Virus record (IMG/VR): IMGVR_UViG_3300033388_001119
Coordinates: 1 to 57,880 of that record
DNA length: 57,880 bases
Origin: a virus
Taxonomy: Duplodnaviria; Caudoviricetes
Direction: 5' to 3' (one strand)
Part shown: in pieces, positions 37,107 to 47,528 of the stretch
Layout of the letters: each line of letters opens with the position of its first letter
Numbering within the stretch: position 1 is the first letter of the stretch
The notes under the pieces: generated by a model
Told to the model about the DNA's origin: nothing
The model's input: only the letters and a program-made list of their open reading frames with translations
Databases searched by the model: none
Translations under genes and position numbers: made by a program

Positions 37107-39221
37107 ATGGCAGACAGAGCAACACATATAGGTTATCAAGCCCCTAACAATTATGTAAATCCAGACAATATATTGAAAGGATATCTTGCCGCCTCTCAAG
37201 TTGGGGCTAAACAACAGCAGAAAGATGATTTAAAGCAACGTGGAGTGTATGATAAGGCAACTATGGAGCTAAAAGATTTTACTTCAGATATTAGCCCTAA
37301 CCTTCAGTCCTTTGTTGCAGAATCTTTAGGTGGTATTAGAAATCAAATGTTTGGCCAGTACAATACTTACGCCGCAGGAGGGGACAACGCTACTCACAAT
37401 CAAATGTACATGAATAACGCCTCTAATGAGTTTCAGATGTTTGCTGCTTACGGAAAAGGGTTTGAGAAACATTTATTGGATTACGAGAAAAGAACTTCTG
37501 AAGGTAAATCAAGTAATGTAGAGAGTGGGTACTTTGCTAAAAGGTTTGCGGCTCAAGCAGACTTCACTAATAAAAAAATGGTGTTAGATAATGATGGTCA
37601 CCTATGGATGATGCAGTTAGATGAGAACGGAAAATTTCTATCTAGAGAAAGTATGTCTATAAACCAGTTGAATAACATGCAAGCATTACACCAAGATAAA
37701 GTTACGTTTACTGATTACACTCAAGGGTTCTCTAAGAATATCAAACAATTTAAAGAATCTTTTAAAGCGGTTGAGTTAGGGTTAGGAGCAGGTGAGAGGG
37801 TTACGTTAGAAGGTATGGCGATGCAAATGAACAACGTTCCTAATAGTGGAGGAAAGCAAGCTTTTGAGGAAATGTACCAAAACACTATAGACGGTATTAC
37901 TCAATCCATGATTACTCAACCTAATGTTGGAGCTGCAGCGTTAACTGAAAATCTAGCTCCCAATGGACAACCTTACTTTTTTTATAACGATAAAGGTGAT
38001 AATGGGCGTCAATTTTCTTTAAATGGAAGAGACCCTGAGAATGGCATATATATGGCTACTGACGGAGACTTACATGAAAGAGCTGTATTAACAGATAATC
38101 AAAAGGAGTTATTAAAAGATAATGTCACGGACATGTTAAACACCCAAATAGGGTTTAAGTCAACTACTAGTTCTAACTCGGGATACTATAGAAGATTAAA
38201 TAAAAAGCATCAAGCCTCTAATGACATTGCCTTAGCTATGAAAATGAGAATGGGAGATGAAAACACATGGAAAGATGTTATTCAATCATGGAATGAAAAC
38301 TCCAAAACTAAAGATGATGAGAAAATACTTAGCTACCGTGTAGACCCTAATGGAGTTTCTTTAACATTTGCTGGTGGTAGTGCGGACAGACAAAGCGTGT
38401 ATGAGCACCCATTTAGCGGTGAGGACGCAGGTATTATAAAAAGTGACATATCAGCTTTACTGAGATACGTTAATCCAACAAAATATGGAACAGTAGGTCA
38501 AGCTATGGATGCGTTTGATTTAGGAAAAGATAGCCTACCTCCTGATGCTAAAGCGTTTTACGACAAAGGCTACGTTGGTACTAGAGGAACTTATTCCAAT
38601 CAAAAATTACACAAAAACATGTTGTCGGAGTTAGTTGAAGGCTTTAGTTTTGTTGAAGTTCCTAGTAGTGGTAATCAAACCTTTCAAACTAATCTCGCTA
38701 ATTTCATTGATAAACTTAGTGAAGGTACACAAGTTAACTTTGATCCAGTGACTGGAGGTAAAGATGCCACTTCCCCTATAATAGCTATAAAAACCACCAC
38801 CCAAAACCCTGTTACTTTACCTGGTGGAGCCACTACAACTAATATGCAAACTAGCCCCTCAGGTTTGATAGGTGGATCAGCCGGACTTACAGGTGACGAT
38901 TACTTAAATAGTATAAACACAGATGCAGTAACTGCTCTTCAGCAGGCAGCTTCTAGTGCGGACAGGGTTTTTACTGAAATAACTGTAAAAGGAGGCCCAG
39001 ATGGAAACGCAACACAAACCTTTAAATTTAGACACGACTTTAGAGGAAATGACCCAAACAATATGGCAACGCCAACTACCGCTATTCAGTCTGCTAACGA
39101 AACTACATATAAAGATATGTTGAAATTTATGAAAGAGCCTTTACGTGATCAAAGTGCGTATAATTTCCCAGCAGGTTCTTTCTCAGCAAATTATTTACCC
39201 GGAATGTTAAACTTTAGATAA
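37107..39221 (+). CDS. Probable internal virion (ejection) protein 2
   Basis: 704 aa; position between small and giant cargo genes. Confidence 0.6.
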   Translation: MADRATHIGYQAPNNYVNPDNILKGYLAASQVGAKQQQKDDLKQRGVYDKATMELKDFTSDISPNLQSFVAESLGGIRNQMFGQYNTYAAGGDNATHNQMYMNNASNEFQMFAAYGKGFEKHLLDYEKRTSEGKSSNVESGYFAKRFAAQADFTNKKMVLDNDGHLWMMQLDENGKFLSRESMSINQLNNMQALHQDKVTFTDYTQGFSKNIKQFKESFKAVELGLGAGERVTLEGMAMQMNNVPNSGGKQAFEEMYQNTIDGITQSMITQPNVGAAALTENLAPNGQPYFFYNDKGDNGRQFSLNGRDPENGIYMATDGDLHERAVLTDNQKELLKDNVTDMLNTQIGFKSTTSSNSGYYRRLNKKHQASNDIALAMKMRMGDENTWKDVIQSWNENSKTKDDEKILSYRVDPNGVSLTFAGGSADRQSVYEHPFSGEDAGIIKSDISALLRYVNPTKYGTVGQAMDAFDLGKDSLPPDAKAFYDKGYVGTRGTYSNQKLHKNMLSELVEGFSFVEVPSSGNQTFQTNLANFIDKLSEGTQVNFDPVTGGKDATSPIIAIKTTTQNPVTLPGGATTTNMQTSPSGLIGGSAGLTGDDYLNSINTDAVTALQQAASSADRVFTEITVKGGPDGNATQTFKFRHDFRGNDPNNMATPTTAIQSANETTYKDMLKFMKEPLRDQSAYNFPAGSFSANYLPGMLNFR

Positions 39222-39224
39222 GAT

Positions 39225-42200
39225 ATGAGTGTAAACAATTTTTTAAACGACTTTTATGTAGAAAATACTGGTCAAGCTCCAACAGAAGAGATGGTTACTA
39301 GGATTACTCAGCAATACGGAGATAATTATGACGGTTTAATTAATGACTTAGCTATAGAGATTGGGGGAGCTAAAGAAGTAAATACCGATATAATAAATAA
39401 GATAAAGACTCAATACAATTTGATGAGTGTGAACAACACTCCTAACACTCCTGACACTCCTGTAAAAAAAAAAGGAGAAACTATTACTACTCAAGAGGAT
39501 GTTATGGTTTCCGATTCAAATGGAGAGGAAGATATTATTTCATCGGACTCTTTAGAAGTTCAGCCAACAACTGATACAGACCCACCTAATAAAGCTTTTG
39601 GTAGAGTTAGCGATAAGGATGTGTACGTAAGCGAAAGTTCACCTGAGGTAAAATTCAATCCTATATATAAAGGTCAACAACCATCTACTCATTTAATGAG
39701 GGCTGAGCAATTAGAGAATGGTGATTGGGTTGGATTCCCCTCTTTAATGCAAGATAAAAACGGAGATTGGATTAATATGTCTTATTTACCAGATGAAGAT
39801 TGGGAGCAAATATATAAAAAAGCAGACGAGTTAGGAGAGGTGGTTAATTTTGGTAGCGATAAAGAATCGGCTTTAGCTTATGGTGAAGGCTCATGGAAAG
39901 AGAGTTATAATAAAGGTGAACATTCAGAAAGTTTATATGAGAAGAAAATAGCAGCTGATACCAAAAAGCTTTTGCAAGAACAGAGTGACGCTATTGAAGA
40001 GGAAGCGAAAGAAAGGCAAGAAAGGGAAGACTCTAGAATGGAAATTACCAACACCGTTGGTTATGATGATGGTCCAGGTAGTACATTTGGAATGTATAAA
40101 ATAGAAATACCAGAGTATACTGACCTTGCAGACCCTAAAAGAGATTATGCAGCTAGTGTTATAGGTGAGCTGTATGAGGGGACCCTAGGACTTAATGACG
40201 ATGGTAGTTTAATTATGCCTACTCCAAACCAAATGATGGGTGGTGATAATATTTTTTATTACGGACCTCAAGAAGCTACCGCAATGATTCAAGCGTTTAG
40301 TGAAGATGGTTTTTTTGGAGATGATAAATGGACGCTTAAGCAGATGTATGAGAATAATCCAGTTAATAACTATATGCAAGCTCAATACAATAACGGAGCT
40401 CAATCATATGGAAGTATAGATGGTTACATGAGAAGTAAGTATCCTGGTTATAATTCTATAGCCGACACACATAAAGAATATGAAGGTGGTAATTACGGTA
40501 TAAAAGATTGGGATAATATTTCTGAAGATGATGCTAACTTTATTAGGATGAAGTTTAATTCTAGAGCAGGAGATTTAACTATTAATAGCGCTAACACAGC
40601 TGATAAAAATAACGCTTACTTAAGAGCTGGACTATACGATTTAAAAACAGACATCACTTATGAGGTGACTAAACTAAATGCTTTAAATCAAGACTTATTG
40701 TATAACAATTATACTATGGCAGCTATTCCTTTAGAGGAGTTAAGTAAAAATGAAAAGAAGCAATATGAGGAAAACATGCGTAAAATGCTTGCGCTAACAG
40801 CTGATTATAATATGGTAAATCAAGAATGGGCTAACCTTCAAGAACCGGACTTACGAATGTATAACCCATTTACAAATCAACTAATAGATGCCTCAAATCC
40901 TAATTCTCAATTGATAGGGAATTATAATGATAAAATAGACGAAGAGGCAGCTAAGCTTGCTATAGAAAAGAATCCGAAAGAACTGCAAGAAGCTTTTGAT
41001 GTGAACTATCAGCATGTAATGAACTTAGCGAAGAAGATTAAATTAAACTATAAATACAACAAACCAGTAACACATAACGGAGTAACATACCAAAAGGGAG
41101 ATGTTATTGATAGAACTAATTTACAAGTAGTAGCTGAGTGGATGGGCGAAATGGGTGGGGTAAATGAGTATGAAGACCTTGCAATGAACCCATTAGCATT
41201 AGTGTCAGGTCAGCCTACAGAAGATTTAATAGACATGTTCCCTGATCCAGAAGCGGTAGTAGCCTCCGCTGGGTTTCCTATGATAACTAGTAACACGGAG
41301 ATAGCTATGGAATACAATAGGGCTATTTATGAGCTAGCAGTAATCAATACAGCGTTAAAAGAAAATAGAGACCCTAGTAAACTACAAAAGGGAGAAAGCA
41401 TTGTGACTGGTTCTTTAATTGGCTCTGGGCGTGTAAAAAACAACGGAACCTTAGATTACGTTTATAATAACATGGATGAAGGTGATAATGAGTTACCTTT
41501 TTATGTATCTACCCTAGCCGAAATGGATAAAACACTACCTGAAACTGCTAGGTTTCTTAATAGAGTTAACGAGGGGTTTTGGAGCACATTATATGGAGAT
41601 GCTACAGGAGAATATTTATTTGGAAACGTTTATAACCAAGCAAGCTACCTTTCTACAGCTCTTGATAAAGTAGGACTAGAGGGTAGTTACATAGACGACT
41701 TAAGGACTAGGTCACAACCAGATAATATAGATTTTGCAGGTGGGTTAACAGGAACTGTATTTGGAATAGTTTTAGAATTTGGTGGAGCACAGGGATTATT
41801 AAAAGCGCCAGCTGCTATAGCTGAAGGTGTTATGGCTACTGAACTTTTAACCGTAGGAGGAGCAACTGAAAAGGTTACTAGGGGATTAACATATACTAAT
41901 ATAGATAAAGTCTTTGGGTCTGCTTATGAATTAAACAGACTGAAGTTGATATCAGGTGGTAGCCCATACACTATATTTGGTAGTAATGTAGTATTAAGGT
42001 CCATGCAAGGTGGTATCGAGTTTGGTACAACAGGATTAGTCTTAGATAAAACAGATGAATATAGGTGGCGAGATGGGTTAGCTTTTGGTGCTGGTTATGG
42101 AATATATAGTGAAATGGGAGCTCTTATTAGTAGAAGCCCGTCATACCAAAAAATATCTCAAAAGGTAAATGATTTTAAATACAGTTATACCCCGTCCGTA

Positions 42201-45200
42201 GGTGTATATAAAAAACCAAGTATCCTTCAAAGAATCAAACAAGGAGGTATCGGTACAGCTCAAGCGACTACAAAAGTTGCAGGAAGCGCCGCTATTGGTA
42301 CAGGTATTTCGTATGCCATAGAGTTATTTGATGAAACAATTTCTCCTGACGACCCCTTAATGGCCGAGCAGCTAAACAACTTACCAGAGGAGATTCAAGG
42401 AAACTCTAAAGCACTAACTACTTTTTACACATTTGCAGGATTAGGACTCTTAAACAAATCACTTGGTAAGCAATTAATGACAGACATAAAAGGTTTAAAA
42501 CCATTTGATGTATCCTTTAATCATTTCTTTAGAAGTCAAGAAGCTTATCGTGCTTGGAAGAATAAACAAGGAACTCCACAAGGCATGAAGCTACTAACCG
42601 AAGGCGCTAAAGATGTAATGGAGAATGGAACACCAGAACAAAAACAAAACTTAAAAAACCAAGAAGCTATATCCTCGTATAATAATGGTTTAACTGAGGC
42701 GAAAAATGAAATATATAAGTACGATAAAAAAGTAGAGGATTATAATAATTCTATTTCTGTTGTTAATAGTGTAAATAACAACCCTTCTAAAAAACCAAAC
42801 AATATACCTGTAAAGCCGGTGCCTAACGCTCAAGGAGACGGAGAGATAGAGGTTCCTGACAATGGAACTGAAGAAGGTAACTTGCAGAATATTGAAAATA
42901 TTATTTCCACTCCATCGAAAGATTTAGAAAACGCAGCTAAAGGAGAAGTGAAAGATGGAAACATTTCAGAAGAAAATGGAATGAATGGAATAAACGCTGT
43001 TCAAGATGTGTTAGCCACTAATAGTAAAGTAAAAGGAATTCAGAACACTAAAGTTAGAGCTAGAGCGGTCCAAGCACTACAGACTAAGAAAGAACTACAA
43101 AGAGAGTTAGATAAATTAAATGAGGACCACAAGAATGGTGTGGTGGCTAACTTTGAAGCAGAAAAAAAGAATCTAGAGGAAAAGATTAAAAACGTTGATC
43201 AACAAATTACTGAAATAGAAAGCTACGAAGAAACAGAAGCTGACTACGTAACTGACTTAATTAAAAATAAAGATAGACGCAATCACGATGTTAGTGGACC
43301 TGGAATCCCAGGGTTAAAGGAAAAGTATCCTAAGTTAGCGGAGTTCTTACAACAAAAACACGCAGAAGGTATGACACCTGTAGAGGCGTTAAAAGAATAT
43401 CAAAAGCAACCGCCTGAGGTTACAGAGGTTGAGTCAAAAGCAGAAGTTGTAGAGGGAGAGGGTGGCGCTCCAGTTAGTGGTAAACAGGACTTACCGACAG
43501 CATCAACTGAACAGTCAGCGGAAACCACACAAGAGAGTAATCAAAATGTAGAAGAAGTTGTACAAGAAACTGCACAAGAAACAGTAGTAAAACCTTCTAA
43601 ATTTACTTGGGATCCAATCCAAGAAGCATTTGTAGAATCAACTCCTCCCGAAACTTTAGAAGTATCTGTTAGTGGTAATTTTGATGGCTTAAGAACACAG
43701 GGGAAAGAGACTATGGATTTACGAGGTGACGCTAGAGGTAAAGATGGTGAGATAATAGAAACTAAAAACAAAGAAGGCGAAACAGTTTTAACCTTAGTAA
43801 AAGAAACTTACGACGCTGAGGGGAGACCTGGATATGTAGGCGTGTCAGTTACTTTACCTGAAGGTAGTACTAAAACAGCTGATGATGTTAGAGCTGAGCT
43901 AGAGAATCAAATGAATAAACTAACTAATGGGGAGGATATTTCAGGAAAAAGTTTTAGTAATATTAATGATTTAAACCCCTCAGCTGTAGATAAAAATGTA
44001 GAATTTAAAACACAAGAAGATGCCATTCAAGAGCCAAGCGCAGAGAGCGTACCTGTACAAGAATCACCCGGAGATAGCGAAGCGGTGGTCGAAAGCGTAC
44101 CCGAACCAGAGGTCGCTCCCGAAAAAGTTGAAGTCGAAGAAAAAATCGAAGTTGAGGAGACGCCGAAAGAAGAAGTAATAGAAGCAGAGGTAGTTGAAGA
44201 GCCTGTAGTAGATAATAAGGAACCTAGACAACCTGGTAAAGTAGAACAACCACCTAAAAGAGGTTCTCAAATAGACCAAGACTTAGACGCTGTTATTAAT
44301 AGCGGCACGAAAGGAGAGGCTTTATTAAGACAAAACTTAGAAGCTAAAGGATATAGAAAAGACCAAATAGATAGAGCGATTAGAAGAAAAGATAGAGAAG
44401 CTTTAGTCGAGTTAAAAAATCTAAAGAAAGACTTACAGTTACAAGGTAAAGCTAATAAGAAGTATACTGTTAAAGCCACGGATGAATTTAAGAAGCAGCT
44501 TAAAGATGTTATTGATAGATTAGCCGGTGATAGGAATATAAAATTTACTAAAGGCGAACTAAATAAAATACTAGAAGCGGCTACAGGTACCGAAATGCAA
44601 GGTCTTAAAGTGGAAAAAGCGATAGAGAAAGCGGTGGAAGTGGTAGAGAAAAGTGTTAAGCGTTCATTAAATAACAACATTAATGACTTACTTAAACTTA
44701 AAAATGTAGAGAAAAAACAAGGAAAAAGAAAGGTAGGAAAAATTAGCATTGACTCTAGAAGACAATTTAACGACTTGAGAGATGAGTGGAAAAAAATTAA
44801 TCCTAAAGATTTAACTATAGGTGAAATGGAGGCTATAGAAACTGAATTAAGTAGTTTGATTTATGAAGGTAAACTAGCTGTAGAGCCTGCGCAACGCATA
44901 ATAAGAGACACTAGAAGAAGTGTTAAAGGTCAAGTAAATGAATCACTATACAGTGATCAAACTCCAAAGACAGATTTTAAAAACGGGGTACCTGACGTAG
45001 AAGCTTATTTAAAAGATAATACTAATAATTTTGTGATTATAAACGGTCGTCAAGTTAGTTCTGTCTCTGGGCTTAATGATTTTATTAAAGACAATCCGTT
45101 TGTAGATGTATCTCAAGCTAAAGGATATGTAGCTACTACTCCAGCAGAAGCAGCTCAAGCAGGTAGACCTAGCATATTAAGCGGTTTAAAATATTGGACT

Positions 45201-47528
45201 CTAGATAATTGGCAAACTATTAGAAATACAACTGCTAAACTGAGAGGTAGAGGAGGTAAAGCTGTTCATAAAAACGTGACATCTTTAATTGATAATATAT
45301 ATAGGTCGGAGTATAGGGAAATTGTAGGTAAACATCAAACTAGAGAATATGTGAGGAGTCAAATAAAAGACATCCCAGGCTACTCTAATAACAAACTAGG
45401 GAGAATAGAATTTAAAAACTACTTAACTAACTCGGCTCCAAGTAATATTACTACTAGTAAAAATTTAGACATAACAAACGACCAGGCGGTCTATATGTAT
45501 TTATTAGGAAAAAGAGATGGTGTAAAAAGATTGGAAGATAATAAGATAGACCCATTAGCTTTAAGTAATTATATAGAAAATAATCCAGCATTAAAAACCT
45601 GGGCTAGTAAAGTGGCTAAGATATTTGGTCAATATGGATATGATAGATATAATGAAAGATATGAGGTTATCACCGGTAAACCAATGCCAAAGGCTAGTGG
45701 AGAAATTACCGCTAGTATGGAGGGTGACCCTACAAGTGTATATATACCTATTCAGATAAATCCCGATGTAGCCCCTGTGGACCCGTTTGGAGAAAAGGGT
45801 GAAGACGCTCAATATTCAGGGCTTAACGTTTTGTCAGCTCACTTATTAGAGAAAACTAGTGACAGAGGAGCTACAAAAATAATTGGAACCATGGATGCTA
45901 TGGATAGATACTTTACTACTATGGAACATATGAGCGCTTTTTATGATGTAGCTCAACAATATAACAACATATTCAATCCTCAAGCTAGACCTCAAATGAT
46001 AAACATATTAGGAAGGGGAGGTTCTAATAAATTAGACAAAATAATGGAAGTTCTTAATGAGGGGATTACTGGAAACAGAAGAGTTACTATTGGAGATAGA
46101 GATAAAATAGATAAGACGATAACTCAAATTGGTAGATTTCCGGTCTTCTGGGGACTAGCTGGAAAGACTAAAACAATGATAGGACAAGCTAGTAGTGGTG
46201 TAGCCTATCCAAAAGAGTTCTTAAAATACTTAACCCCTAAGGAGTTAGTAGGTGGATACATGAATGTAGGTAAAGGGTTGATAGGTAAAGGTGCTTCTGT
46301 GGCACAACAGTTAGGTATTAAAAAACCCACTGATAAAAGAATTCTAGAGGAAGATACATTTTTCTTAGAAAAATGGGTAACCGACCCTCAGTTTGCTGAC
46401 AGGTGGAATAAAAATAAAATAGATCCCTTATTTCAAATACAAGATGTTGGGGGCGGAAAAGATTTATGGGATAGAGCAGCTAATGTGCTTCTTTTGGGTG
46501 TAAAAACAGGAGACATGATGGCTTTACAAATGGGTGTCGGTGGAACAAACGCCCTATATCATAAGTACATTAACGAAGGAATGAGTAAAGAAGATGCGTA
46601 TGATAAAGCGGCTGGTATTTATTACATGATAACTCAAGAAGCTCAACAAACAGGAAGTAGGCTAGGGTTACCAGATTACCTTAATAATAGGTTTAGTAGA
46701 GCAGGAATTACTTTTACTACTAGTATTAACTCTATAATGAATAAAGGAGTTGGGGGTGGAAAAGAGTTTTACTATAGAGGTAAAGATATGACTGGAGGTG
46801 AGAAACTTCACGCTTTAACAGACCTTGGTTTTTATACAACAGTTTTATCTGGATTATTCATATCCCTCGTGGGTCAAGATGATGAACGAGAAAAAGAAAT
46901 TGAAATGTTAAAGACAAGGTACCCAAACACTTTTGACGACAATCAGGCTACTACGAAAAAAAATATTTCTTTTGGACTAGACTTAATACAAAGTGATTTA
47001 CAAGGTTTAGGACCCGTTGGTGTTGTTGGGAATATGTTTTTAAACTCAGACGCTATTAATCCATTTGACTTTCATAGAGGTAAGCCTCAAAGTTTCAGTG
47101 AGCTACCTTTGACTTCTGCCGCAAAGAAAGTATATAATGCTATGGATGTAATGACTAACGCTAAAGGAGAAACTTATGAGGAAAAATATAACAGTTTAAG
47201 TGATTATGAAAAATATCAAGTAGATGCAGCTTATGGGGCTTTTGGTAAGTTCATGGAACGCATGGAAAAAGCAGGAAAAGGAGAAGTAAGTTTAATAGAT
47301 TTTATAATGGAAAGAGATGAGGATTATGGGTTAACAAGAAGACGAATGGAAGAGATGGATGGGGATAAGATATTAGATTGGGTGTATTATATGTACACTG
47401 GTATAAGACCTCCTCAAGAAGCAATAGGTGGTAATGCAGGCACAGGCTCTACATATAAGAAGACAGAGAGTAAATCTACTTACGAAACAAAAAGTAATTA
47501 TGATGAGGGAAGTACTTATGGTAATTAA
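39225..47528 (+). CDS. Giant probable ejection protein (2767 aa)
   Basis: Last late gene; Gly-rich hydrophobic middle, acidic linker, helical C-terminal half; no catalytic motif recognised. Confidence 0.7.
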   Translation: MSVNNFLNDFYVENTGQAPTEEMVTRITQQYGDNYDGLINDLAIEIGGAKEVNTDIINKIKTQYNLMSVNNTPNTPDTPVKKKGETITTQEDVMVSDSNGEEDIISSDSLEVQPTTDTDPPNKAFGRVSDKDVYVSESSPEVKFNPIYKGQQPSTHLMRAEQLENGDWVGFPSLMQDKNGDWINMSYLPDEDWEQIYKKADELGEVVNFGSDKESALAYGEGSWKESYNKGEHSESLYEKKIAADTKKLLQEQSDAIEEEAKERQEREDSRMEITNTVGYDDGPGSTFGMYKIEIPEYTDLADPKRDYAASVIGELYEGTLGLNDDGSLIMPTPNQMMGGDNIFYYGPQEATAMIQAFSEDGFFGDDKWTLKQMYENNPVNNYMQAQYNNGAQSYGSIDGYMRSKYPGYNSIADTHKEYEGGNYGIKDWDNISEDDANFIRMKFNSRAGDLTINSANTADKNNAYLRAGLYDLKTDITYEVTKLNALNQDLLYNNYTMAAIPLEELSKNEKKQYEENMRKMLALTADYNMVNQEWANLQEPDLRMYNPFTNQLIDASNPNSQLIGNYNDKIDEEAAKLAIEKNPKELQEAFDVNYQHVMNLAKKIKLNYKYNKPVTHNGVTYQKGDVIDRTNLQVVAEWMGEMGGVNEYEDLAMNPLALVSGQPTEDLIDMFPDPEAVVASAGFPMITSNTEIAMEYNRAIYELAVINTALKENRDPSKLQKGESIVTGSLIGSGRVKNNGTLDYVYNNMDEGDNELPFYVSTLAEMDKTLPETARFLNRVNEGFWSTLYGDATGEYLFGNVYNQASYLSTALDKVGLEGSYIDDLRTRSQPDNIDFAGGLTGTVFGIVLEFGGAQGLLKAPAAIAEGVMATELLTVGGATEKVTRGLTYTNIDKVFGSAYELNRLKLISGGSPYTIFGSNVVLRSMQGGIEFGTTGLVLDKTDEYRWRDGLAFGAGYGIYSEMGALISRSPSYQKISQKVNDFKYSYTPSVGVYKKPSILQRIKQGGIGTAQATTKVAGSAAIGTGISYAIELFDETISPDDPLMAEQLNNLPEEIQGNSKALTTFYTFAGLGLLNKSLGKQLMTDIKGLKPFDVSFNHFFRSQEAYRAWKNKQGTPQGMKLLTEGAKDVMENGTPEQKQNLKNQEAISSYNNGLTEAKNEIYKYDKKVEDYNNSISVVNSVNNNPSKKPNNIPVKPVPNAQGDGEIEVPDNGTEEGNLQNIENIISTPSKDLENAAKGEVKDGNISEENGMNGINAVQDVLATNSKVKGIQNTKVRARAVQALQTKKELQRELDKLNEDHKNGVVANFEAEKKNLEEKIKNVDQQITEIESYEETEADYVTDLIKNKDRRNHDVSGPGIPGLKEKYPKLAEFLQQKHAEGMTPVEALKEYQKQPPEVTEVESKAEVVEGEGGAPVSGKQDLPTASTEQSAETTQESNQNVEEVVQETAQETVVKPSKFTWDPIQEAFVESTPPETLEVSVSGNFDGLRTQGKETMDLRGDARGKDGEIIETKNKEGETVLTLVKETYDAEGRPGYVGVSVTLPEGSTKTADDVRAELENQMNKLTNGEDISGKSFSNINDLNPSAVDKNVEFKTQEDAIQEPSAESVPVQESPGDSEAVVESVPEPEVAPEKVEVEEKIEVEETPKEEVIEAEVVEEPVVDNKEPRQPGKVEQPPKRGSQIDQDLDAVINSGTKGEALLRQNLEAKGYRKDQIDRAIRRKDREALVELKNLKKDLQLQGKANKKYTVKATDEFKKQLKDVIDRLAGDRNIKFTKGELNKILEAATGTEMQGLKVEKAIEKAVEVVEKSVKRSLNNNINDLLKLKNVEKKQGKRKVGKISIDSRRQFNDLRDEWKKINPKDLTIGEMEAIETELSSLIYEGKLAVEPAQRIIRDTRRSVKGQVNESLYSDQTPKTDFKNGVPDVEAYLKDNTNNFVIINGRQVSSVSGLNDFIKDNPFVDVSQAKGYVATTPAEAAQAGRPSILSGLKYWTLDNWQTIRNTTAKLRGRGGKAVHKNVTSLIDNIYRSEYREIVGKHQTREYVRSQIKDIPGYSNNKLGRIEFKNYLTNSAPSNITTSKNLDITNDQAVYMYLLGKRDGVKRLEDNKIDPLALSNYIENNPALKTWASKVAKIFGQYGYDRYNERYEVITGKPMPKASGEITASMEGDPTSVYIPIQINPDVAPVDPFGEKGEDAQYSGLNVLSAHLLEKTSDRGATKIIGTMDAMDRYFTTMEHMSAFYDVAQQYNNIFNPQARPQMINILGRGGSNKLDKIMEVLNEGITGNRRVTIGDRDKIDKTITQIGRFPVFWGLAGKTKTMIGQASSGVAYPKEFLKYLTPKELVGGYMNVGKGLIGKGASVAQQLGIKKPTDKRILEEDTFFLEKWVTDPQFADRWNKNKIDPLFQIQDVGGGKDLWDRAANVLLLGVKTGDMMALQMGVGGTNALYHKYINEGMSKEDAYDKAAGIYYMITQEAQQTGSRLGLPDYLNNRFSRAGITFTTSINSIMNKGVGGGKEFYYRGKDMTGGEKLHALTDLGFYTTVLSGLFISLVGQDDEREKEIEMLKTRYPNTFDDNQATTKKNISFGLDLIQSDLQGLGPVGVVGNMFLNSDAINPFDFHRGKPQSFSELPLTSAAKKVYNAMDVMTNAKGETYEEKYNSLSDYEKYQVDAAYGAFGKFMERMEKAGKGEVSLIDFIMERDEDYGLTRRRMEEMDGDKILDWVYYMYTGIRPPQEAIGGNAGTGSTYKKTESKSTYETKSNYDEGSTYGN
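39464..39511 (+). other. Candidate -1 frameshift or slippage signal (A10 plus hairpin)
   Basis: GTA AAA AAA AAA GGA; stem GAAACTAT 39477-39484 with ATGGTTTC 39504-39511. Confidence 0.55.
44020..44178 (+). CDS. Nested +1-frame basic protein (52 aa, MPFKSQAQRAYLYKNHPEIAKRW...)
   Basis: Hand translation; A-rich leader; local rise in GC; N-terminus recalled from stand-alone small phage proteins. Confidence 0.75.
   Translation: MPFKSQAQRAYLYKNHPEIAKRWSKAYPNQRSLPKKLKSKKKSKLRRRRKKK

Noticed and set aside
43462-43551. Another +1-frame basic ORF in the giant gene (VALQLVVNRTYRQ...)
   Set aside because: Short, GTG start, no recognisable motif; expected by-product of an E/Q-rich main frame
3650-45812. 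Many antisense ORFs in the track within groEL, fibre, capsid, nozzle and giant genes
   Set aside because: Shadow frames of strongly supported genes
47340-47380. EMDGDK as an RNA polymerase catalytic motif
   Set aside because: Lacks the first Asp of DxDxD and lies about 55 aa from the C-terminus
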